Shown here in pieces: positions 56,973 to 64,000 of a stretch of DNA of 64,000 bases (position 1 is the first letter of the stretch; every line of letters begins with the position of its first letter). A program made the translations under genes and the position numbers. The notes under the pieces were generated by a model that did no database searches, was not told where the DNA came from, and worked only from the letters and a program-made list of their open reading frames with translations. This stretch comes from Minisyncoccota bacterium (GTDB lineage: Bacteria > Patescibacteriota > Minisyncoccia > Phycocordibacterales > UBA9973), in NCBI GenBank assembly GCA_041663185.1, contig JBAZQY010000002.1:74629-138628 (forward strand). The letters are read 5' to 3'.

Positions 56973-57572
56973 ATGAAAAATTCATGGGAAAAAGCTGAAA
57001 TAGTTTTAAAACACAATGGCCTGCCTCGACACAAGGCGGGGGTAATCATACTTCCGACTGATACGATTTACGGTATTGTCGGGGATGCTTTTTCGAAGAA
57101 GGCAATTTTGAGAATGTATAAAATCAAAGGACGGAATACAAAAAAGCCGTTTATAGTTCTTATTTCTGATCTGAATGATTTAAAAAAATTTAAAATTGAC
57201 CATTTACCTATTCGTACGAATAAGCGAATAGAAAATCTTTTAACAAAAAAAATAAGCATATTGTTGTCTTGCCCCAGTAAAAAATTTTCTTATTTACACC
57301 GGGGTACAAAAAAAATTGCTTTCCGACTAATAACAAAGAACAATAAAAATCTTTTTAATTTAATAAAAAAAGTTGGGCCAATCGCGACAACAAGCACTAA
57401 TCCGGAAGGATTGAAACCAGCAGAAACAATTACAGAGGCAAAAAAATATTTTGGCTCAAAAATTGATTTATATGTTTCTGGAGGCAGGAAGAAGGGGACT
57501 CCCTCCACTTTAATTGAATATAAAAACAACAGAATAGTGGTTCTCCGTCAAGGTCAAACGATAATAAAATAA
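56973..57572 (+). CDS. tsaC: L-threonylcarbamoyladenylate synthase (TsaC/Sua5) with small palindromic inserts
   Basis: LPTDTIYG, IKGR..KP, IAFR, PIATTSTNP, PST, LRQG. Confidence 0.9.
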   Translation: MKNSWEKAEIVLKHNGLPRHKAGVIILPTDTIYGIVGDAFSKKAILRMYKIKGRNTKKPFIVLISDLNDLKKFKIDHLPIRTNKRIENLLTKKISILLSCPSKKFSYLHRGTKKIAFRLITKNNKNLFNLIKKVGPIATTSTNPEGLKPAETITEAKKYFGSKIDLYVSGGRKKGTPSTLIEYKNNRIVVLRQGQTIIK

Positions 57573-57612
57573 AGTTTATATCGGGCCATATTTCTGCTAT
57601 AATAAGGCCATT

Positions 57613-58629
57613 ATGGAACCAACAATAAAAAAAGCATCTTTGACACCCAGATTCTTCTTTGTGTCACTTGGAGTCATTGTGACTCTCATTACTAGTGTTT
57701 CCTCATTTTTGTTACTTTTTTTCGCGACTTTAGAAAAAAAGTTTCCTGATGTTTTGAATTCTGCTTATCAGTATGGATACAATACTACGACATTTGATAG
57801 TATTCGTGGATCACTGGCCACTCTCATAATTATTTTCCCAGTATTTTTTATTCTGGCATATTTTTGGAGAAAATTATCGAAAGGTGAATTAGGAAGTACC
57901 GATATTATTATTCGTAAATGGATGATTTATTTGATTCTTTTCTTGGCGGCTATTGTTATCATTGCTGACCTAGTCACTCTGGTTCGATATTTTGTTGCCG
58001 GAGAAATTACAAATAGATTTATCTACAAGGTTATCGGGACATTGGTGACAGCTCTGATTGTCGGTAAATATTTTTATATTTCTGAATTTTGGAATGGCAA
58101 AGAAATAATTAAAAAATTAAATAGTATTATTAATCCAATTGTTAGTGTTGCCTTGGTAATCCTTGTGATTGTTTGCAGTTTCATTATTATGGGTAGTCCA
58201 GCAAAACAAAGGTTACTTAGGTTAGATGATAGAAGGGTCTCTGATTTACAGAGTATCCAATACCAGGTGATCAATTATTGGCAACAGAAAGAAAAGTTGC
58301 CAACAACGCTATCTGAATTATCAAATCCGATGTCTGGCTATTCTCTACCAGTTGATCCTGAGTTTGAAAAAGGAAAGGTATATGAATATATTCCAAAAGA
58401 CAAACTCTCATTTGAATTGTGTGCAACTTTTTCTCTTGATATGCCAAAGGGTTGGCAAGAATATAATTATGGTGGGGGAGTAATACCAATGTATGCAGAA
58501 AAAGATATCGCTGTTTCATCTTATCCATATCCTGGAGGAGGAACAAATGAATCATGGGATCATAAAGCTGGACGAACTTGCTTTACTCGAACAATAGATA
58601 CAGATATCTATCCACCATTTCAGAAATAA
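57613..58629 (+). CDS. DUF5671-like membrane protein
   Basis: Several TMs; IRKWMIYLILF, GSP..RL.RLDDRRVSDL, DP..YEY..FELCATF. Confidence 0.7.
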   Translation: MEPTIKKASLTPRFFFVSLGVIVTLITSVSSFLLLFFATLEKKFPDVLNSAYQYGYNTTTFDSIRGSLATLIIIFPVFFILAYFWRKLSKGELGSTDIIIRKWMIYLILFLAAIVIIADLVTLVRYFVAGEITNRFIYKVIGTLVTALIVGKYFYISEFWNGKEIIKKLNSIINPIVSVALVILVIVCSFIIMGSPAKQRLLRLDDRRVSDLQSIQYQVINYWQQKEKLPTTLSELSNPMSGYSLPVDPEFEKGKVYEYIPKDKLSFELCATFSLDMPKGWQEYNYGGGVIPMYAEKDIAVSSYPYPGGGTNESWDHKAGRTCFTRTIDTDIYPPFQK

Positions 58630-58634
58630 AAATA

Positions 58635-61019
58635 ATGAAAGAATACGATCATAAAAAAATTGAATTAAAATGGCAGAAAGATTGGGAGAAGAAAAAGATT
58701 TTCTCGGCTATTAATGGATCTAAAAAACCAAAATTTTATGCTCTAATAGAATTCCCATATCTTTCTGGGTCCGGACTTCATATTGGCCACATACGCTCAA
58801 ATACAGCAATGGATATAATTTCTCGAAAACGTTGGATGGAAGGATATAATGTTATGTACCCAATAGGGTATGATGCTTTTGGCCTACCAACTGAAAACTA
58901 TGCAATTAAAACTGGAAAGCAACCGACAATCATCAATAAAGAAAATACAGAGATGTTTCGTCGACAACTCAAAAAAATTGGGTTTGCTTTTGACTGGTCT
59001 CGAGAATTAAACACAGCAAACCCAGCTTATTATAAATGGACCCAATGGATATTTTTACAAATGTTTAAAAAAGGTTTGGCTTATAAACAAAAAACGATGA
59101 TTAATTGGTGTCCGAAAGATAAAATTGGTTTAGCTAATGAAGAAGTAGTAAATGGAAAATGTGAGCGATGTGGAACAGAAACTATAAAAAAGGAAAAGGA
59201 GCAATGGATGCTTGCTATTACAAAATATGCCGAGCGCCTCGATAAAGATTTAGATGATGTGGATTATTTAGAAAGAATAAAAGCCCAACAAAGAAACTGG
59301 ATAGGTAAGTCAGAAGGAAGTGAAATTGAGTTTAAGGTTAAAGGTGATTCTCAATCAGTGCGAGTATTTACCACTCGAGCTGATACTATTTTAGGAGTAA
59401 CGTATGTTGTGCTTGCACCGGAAAGTGTATTGGTTCAAAATCTAAAATCACAAATTACAAATTGGAATGAAGTAGAGAAATATATTGAAAAAGTAAAAAA
59501 AGAGTCAGAGCAAGAAAGAACGAAGGAGGATAAAGAAAAAACTGGAGTTGAACTGAAGGGAATTAAGGCTATAAATCCAGCAAACAAAGAAGAGCTTCCT
59601 GTTTGGATTGCCGACTATGTTCTTGCGTCTTATGGAACAGGCGCAGTTATGGCAGTTCCACAACACGATAGTCGTGATAAAGAATTTGCTGAAAAATTTA
59701 ATCTTTCAATTATTGATAGACCATTAGTGGATGCAGAAGAAATAACAAAAAGAGTTGGCGGGAAAATGGTTACAAAATATAAATTACGTGATTGGATTTT
59801 CTCAAGACAAAGATACTGGGGTGAGCCTATTCCTTTGATTCACTGCGATCGATGTGCCCTAAACGATCCCGACGGGCAAGGATATATTCCAGTGCCCGAT
59901 AAAGATTTGCCAGTAGTTTTGCCGAAAGTTAAATCGTACACCCCTACAGATACTGGCGAATCACCACTGGCTAATATTTCCAAATGGGTAAATGTTAAAT
60001 GTCCTAAATGCGGAGGTAAAGCGCGCAGAGAGACAGACACAATGCCAAACTGGGCGGGTTCTTCTTGGTATTATTTGCGCTATACTGATCCTAAAAATAA
60101 AAAAGAGTTCGCTAGCGCAAAAAATTTAAAATATTGGACTCCTGTGGATTGGTATAACGGTGGGATGGAACACACGACACTTCATCTTTTGTATTCTCGT
60201 TTTTGGCACAAGTTTTTATATGACATGAAATTAGTTCCAACAAAAGAGCCATATAAAAAACGCACAGCACATGGGATGATTTTGGCCGAAGATGGAGAGA
60301 AAATGTCAAAATCAAGAGGCAACGTGGTTAATCCAGATGAAATCGTTAAGCTATATGGAGCTGATACTTTTCGACTTTATGAAATGTTTATTGGTCCATT
60401 TGATCAGACGGTTACTTGGAATACAAATAGTATTATTGGCCCTCGAAGATTTTTGGAAAAAGTTTGGAAGATAGGAGAAAAAATCACTACACAGAAACAG
60501 ATAAATTCTTCGCGCTTAACCCTAAAGGGCTCCGACACGACGAAGAATTTTTCTGTTTCTGCTTCATTCCAAACGCTTTTAAATAAAACAATAAAAAAAG
60601 TTTCTGAAGATATTGAGAGTATGAGTTTTAATACAGCTGTTTCTTCAATGATGGTTTTGGTCAACGAAATGGAAAAACAAGATGTTGATAAAAAAGATTT
60701 TAAAATATTTTTACAGATTTTAGCACCATTTGCTCCACACATTACCGAAGAATTGTGGAATATGTTAGGTGAAAAACAATCAATAAATAAAAGTAAATGG
60801 CCAAAGTGGGATGAAAAGAAAATTATTGATGATAAAATAAAAATAGCTGTTCAAATAAATGGCAAAGTTCGCACCGAAATTATGGTCTCGAAAGATATGT
60901 CCGAAGGGGAAATTAAACCTTTAGTTTTGAAAGATCAAAAGATCATCAGTTGGATGGAGGGAAAAGAAATTAAAAAATTCATATATGTTCCAAATAGAAT
61001 AATAAACATAGTCATTTAG
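58635..61019 (+). CDS. leuS: Leucyl-tRNA synthetase, with an in-frame family-A insert
   Basis: FPYLSGSGLHIGH, QRNWIGKSEG, FTTR, YGTGAVMAVP, SRQRYWGEPIP, KMSKS, VQINGK. Confidence 0.97.
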   Translation: MKEYDHKKIELKWQKDWEKKKIFSAINGSKKPKFYALIEFPYLSGSGLHIGHIRSNTAMDIISRKRWMEGYNVMYPIGYDAFGLPTENYAIKTGKQPTIINKENTEMFRRQLKKIGFAFDWSRELNTANPAYYKWTQWIFLQMFKKGLAYKQKTMINWCPKDKIGLANEEVVNGKCERCGTETIKKEKEQWMLAITKYAERLDKDLDDVDYLERIKAQQRNWIGKSEGSEIEFKVKGDSQSVRVFTTRADTILGVTYVVLAPESVLVQNLKSQITNWNEVEKYIEKVKKESEQERTKEDKEKTGVELKGIKAINPANKEELPVWIADYVLASYGTGAVMAVPQHDSRDKEFAEKFNLSIIDRPLVDAEEITKRVGGKMVTKYKLRDWIFSRQRYWGEPIPLIHCDRCALNDPDGQGYIPVPDKDLPVVLPKVKSYTPTDTGESPLANISKWVNVKCPKCGGKARRETDTMPNWAGSSWYYLRYTDPKNKKEFASAKNLKYWTPVDWYNGGMEHTTLHLLYSRFWHKFLYDMKLVPTKEPYKKRTAHGMILAEDGEKMSKSRGNVVNPDEIVKLYGADTFRLYEMFIGPFDQTVTWNTNSIIGPRRFLEKVWKIGEKITTQKQINSSRLTLKGSDTTKNFSVSASFQTLLNKTIKKVSEDIESMSFNTAVSSMMVLVNEMEKQDVDKKDFKIFLQILAPFAPHITEELWNMLGEKQSINKSKWPKWDEKKIIDDKIKIAVQINGKVRTEIMVSKDMSEGEIKPLVLKDQKIISWMEGKEIKKFIYVPNRIINIVI
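60492..60561 (+). repeat. Hairpin element family A, in-frame in leuS (QKQINSSRLTLKGSDTTKNFSVSA)
   Basis: 21-bp arms with 1 mismatch; 28-nt core identical to the uvrA 7647-7674 core. Confidence 0.95.
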
Positions 61020-61081
61020 GTTTATTTAAATTATCGATGTATAATGAGTAGGTCTGATTAATTAATAATTTTTTACATAAA

Positions 61082-63433
61082 ATGGAATCAAAAAAAATAG
61101 AATTTTTTAATAAGTTATCATTTTCAATTTTTCTTTTAACCATATTTCTGTGCTTTTTTTTCTTTGTGCCCAATACTTTAGTGGGGTTGGATGCCAGTAA
61201 AGGATTTATATTGTCAATTGGCATGACCCTGTCTCTATTTTTTTGGTTGGTTTCCAGATTGGGTGATGGAAAATTTGTAATTCCCAAAGACAAATTACTT
61301 TTATTTGCTGGAATTGTACCATTAGTATTTCTTATTTCATCATTCTTTTCTTATTCTTTCTACTCCTCACTTTTTGGTAATGGTTTTGAAATAGGAACAT
61401 TTGGAAGTATGTTGATACTTTTTATTGTTTTATTTTTATCTTCCATTTACTTTCAATCAGAAAAACGTTTGTGGTATTTTCTCGGAACCGTATTTATAGG
61501 AGGGTTGATTATTGTTGTGTTTGAATTAATCAACATAATATTTATTGGTTTAAATTTTGCTTTACCAAGTTTTTTGGGCTTAAATGCCGATAATCTTGTG
61601 GGGGATTGGGGTAATTTTGCTTTACTGATGGGAATTATGGTTTTGCTTTCTCTCTTTACTATTGAATTATTAAAAACCAGACGTTTAGTTAAAATAATTC
61701 AATATATTTTGTTAATTTTGGGTATTTTGTTTCTTGTAATGGTCAATATTTCCTGGATTTGGTTATTAGTAGGATTGTTTGCCGTAATTATTTTTGTTTA
61801 TATTTTTTCTATTCAACGTTCGGGGGTCAAAATTATTCAAGATGGAGGAGAAAAAAGTAAATTCCCATTGACTTCTCTGGTTGTTATTTTTATTTCTTTA
61901 ATATTTTTAATTGGTAGTAATTTAACGAGTAATTTTCTTTCGAATTATATAAGTATTAACACTTCGGAAATTCGCCCATCTATTGTGACCACATCTAAAA
62001 TTGCCTACAAATCACTTCTACACAATCCACTTTTAGGAACTGGTCCAAATACTTTTGTAATTGATTGGGCACTTTGGCAACCGAAAGAAATAGCCCAAAC
62101 AGTTTTTTGGAATGTTGACTTTACAAATGGATTTAGTTTGCTCGCTACTTTTGCCGTAACCACCGGCTTACTAGGAGTTATTTCTCTATTGTTGCTATTT
62201 ATTGTTTATCTTGCTAGAAGTATACAGTCAATCAGAGTAGCTTTACGTGATACTCTCTCGAATTATTTTATCATTACTATTTTAATGATTTCTTTATATT
62301 CATGGATTACGATTATATTTTTTAATCCTAATATTACATTATTAATGTTGGCTTTTTCTTCTAGTGGTATTTTGGTGGGTATCCTAGTTAGCAAAAATGC
62401 GATTCCAGCCAAAGAATATTCTTTTTTATCTGATCCTCGTAACAATTTTCTGTCTATTTTAGGAATACTCTCCTTGATGATTTTTGCAGTTTTTTTAACT
62501 TATGTTTATGTGGAAAAATTTACTTCAGTCATATACTTTTCTAAGGGTTTATCAAATCAAAACACAATTGAATCTTTAGCTCATTCAGAAAAAATGTTTT
62601 TAAAAGCAATAGCTCTAGATAAAAATGATGCATATTATCGTTCCTTATCTCAGATATATGTTAATCAAATAAGTATTTTAATCACTGATAAAACATTATC
62701 GCCAGATATATTAAAATCAAATTTACAACAATTAATTTTCCAAGCTGAGAATTCAGCTAACTTAGCGATAGAACAAAATAAAAAACAATACCTAAACTAT
62801 ATTAATCTTGGAGATATTTATAGTTCTTTGGTTCCATTATCAGTTGAAAACAGTTACGAACGAGCTGTCTCGGCTTATAACAAGGCATTAACTCTTGCCC
62901 CCAACAATCCATCTATTCCTTTAGCTCGGGCTACTTTGGAATTTATAAATAAAGATAATAGTGAAGCAAGAAAATTTATTAAACAATCGCTTGATTTAAA
63001 ACGAAATTACATTGATGCTATTTTTCTTTTAGTTCAAATTGAAACAAATGAAGGTAATCTACCTGAGGCAATTAAACAAGCTGAATACGCTGGTGAGATG
63101 GCTCCCAATGATGAAACAGTCTTCTTTAGATTAGGGCTACTGCGTTATTATAATAGTAATTATAATGGAGCAATTAGCGCTTTTGAAAAAGCTGTTATTC
63201 TTAATAATGGTTATTTGAATGCTCGTTTTTTCCTTGGACAATCATACAAAAAAGTGGGAAGAACCAATGATGCCTTAACGCAATTTAATATTTTAAATAA
63301 AATTATTCCTGATAATCAAGAAATAAAAAATGCAATCAATTCAATAAGTGAACCAACTAGTGTTACCGGTGAAGCAACAGATCATACCGCAGACTCACAA
63401 CTCAAGCCACCTCTAGAAGAGAAAAATAATTAA
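61082..63433 (+). CDS. O-antigen-ligase-like polytopic membrane protein with C-terminal TPRs
   Basis: Many TMs, NPLLGTGPNTF loop, TPR-like helices (AVSAYNKALTLAPNNP, FRLGLLRY, FFLGQSY). Confidence 0.75.
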   Translation: MESKKIEFFNKLSFSIFLLTIFLCFFFFVPNTLVGLDASKGFILSIGMTLSLFFWLVSRLGDGKFVIPKDKLLLFAGIVPLVFLISSFFSYSFYSSLFGNGFEIGTFGSMLILFIVLFLSSIYFQSEKRLWYFLGTVFIGGLIIVVFELINIIFIGLNFALPSFLGLNADNLVGDWGNFALLMGIMVLLSLFTIELLKTRRLVKIIQYILLILGILFLVMVNISWIWLLVGLFAVIIFVYIFSIQRSGVKIIQDGGEKSKFPLTSLVVIFISLIFLIGSNLTSNFLSNYISINTSEIRPSIVTTSKIAYKSLLHNPLLGTGPNTFVIDWALWQPKEIAQTVFWNVDFTNGFSLLATFAVTTGLLGVISLLLLFIVYLARSIQSIRVALRDTLSNYFIITILMISLYSWITIIFFNPNITLLMLAFSSSGILVGILVSKNAIPAKEYSFLSDPRNNFLSILGILSLMIFAVFLTYVYVEKFTSVIYFSKGLSNQNTIESLAHSEKMFLKAIALDKNDAYYRSLSQIYVNQISILITDKTLSPDILKSNLQQLIFQAENSANLAIEQNKKQYLNYINLGDIYSSLVPLSVENSYERAVSAYNKALTLAPNNPSIPLARATLEFINKDNSEARKFIKQSLDLKRNYIDAIFLLVQIETNEGNLPEAIKQAEYAGEMAPNDETVFFRLGLLRYYNSNYNGAISAFEKAVILNNGYLNARFFLGQSYKKVGRTNDALTQFNILNKIIPDNQEIKNAINSISEPTSVTGEATDHTADSQLKPPLEEKNN

Positions 63434-63449
63434 TATATAAATTATAGTA

Positions 63450-64000
63450 ATGGTCAATCGCATTATAACATTTCTTAATAAAGAATTTCGTGGAGTTAAT
63501 GAAGCCGCCTTATTGCTTGGCGGTTTTGCTTTTCTTTCACAACTATTAGGGCTTGTTAGAGATAGAATGTTGGCTCACATTGTGGGCGCAGGGCCAATGT
63601 TGGATATTTATTATGCAGCATTTAGAATTCCAGATTTTTTGTATATATCAATAGCATCTCTGGCTTCAGTTACAGTCCTGATGCCATTTTTGGTGGATAA
63701 AATAAATAATGATAATAATACTTCAAATAAAGCACGAGCATTTATGAATAATATTTTTAGTGCTTATATGTTATTCATGGCTATTACTAGTGTGATTATA
63801 ATTATTTTTATGCCGTATTTTGTTTCTCTAATTGCCCCGGGGTTTAATGAATCACAGACTAATTTATTAATTACAACCAGTCGGATAATGTTGCTCTCGC
63901 CGATTTTTATTGGCTTGTCAAATCTAATTGGAACAGTTACTCAACTCTTTAGGAATTTTCTTATTTTTTCACTTTCTCCAATATTTTACAATATAGGTAT
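63450..64000 (+). CDS. murJ: Lipid II flippase MurJ (3' end outside window)
   Basis: Own translation: MVNRII..LSQLLGLVRDRMLAH..LDIYYAAFRIPDFLY..IAPGF. Confidence 0.9.
   Translation, partial: MVNRIITFLNKEFRGVNEAALLLGGFAFLSQLLGLVRDRMLAHIVGAGPMLDIYYAAFRIPDFLYISIASLASVTVLMPFLVDKINNDNNTSNKARAFMNNIFSAYMLFMAITSVIIIIFMPYFVSLIAPGFNESQTNLLITTSRIMLLSPIFIGLSNLIGTVTQLFRNFLIFSLSPIFYNIG

Noticed and set aside
4732-60561. In-frame inserts as inteins or self-splicing introns
   Set aside because: Far too short, with no Cys/Ser..His-Asn ends and no group I/II core. The same cores occur between genes and in both orientations. RNA-level removal cannot be fully excluded without transcript data.
1-64000. Alternative genetic code (TGA recoded)
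   Set aside because: Long conserved genes read through under code 11, TGA ends genes (e.g. 32135, 38002), and tRNA-Trp has anticodon CCA. Only one internal TGA was seen.

Overview
AT-rich bacterial chromosome segment in the standard genetic code. Gene content (short UvrC, two stand-alone VirD4/TraG-like ATPases, HTH-MurA fusion, a large Cys-rich protein, many near-leaderless genes) suggests Patescibacteria/CPR (Parcubacteria-like); this is inference. It carries housekeeping genes (proS end, mreBC, broken tgt, uvrB, uvrA, uvrC, ddl, murA, murB, alr, rpmG, miaA, ychF, tsaC, leuS, murJ start), three tRNAs (Ala-UGC, Leu-CAA, Trp-CCA) and a defence island at about 17.9-28.7 kb (GIY-YIG, MerR-fused HsdM, DinD, Shedu-like nuclease, HsdS, unknown, HsdR, M48/YgjP, VRR-NUC-like). 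The strongest unusual signal is a set of 70-111 nt hairpin elements. Each has a conserved core (families A, B, C) clamped by long locus-specific inverted arms that co-vary. They sit in-frame inside uvrA (x2), uvrB, uvrC, murB, leuS and an NRAMP gene, and also between genes. Nested and core-deleted copies and shorter palindromic inserts also occur. Other signals: self-contained promoter-terminator units that are full, decayed or empty; insertions bounded by duplicated target sequence; and palindromes that bracket single genes. All protein calls come from motif recognition only; no searches were run.
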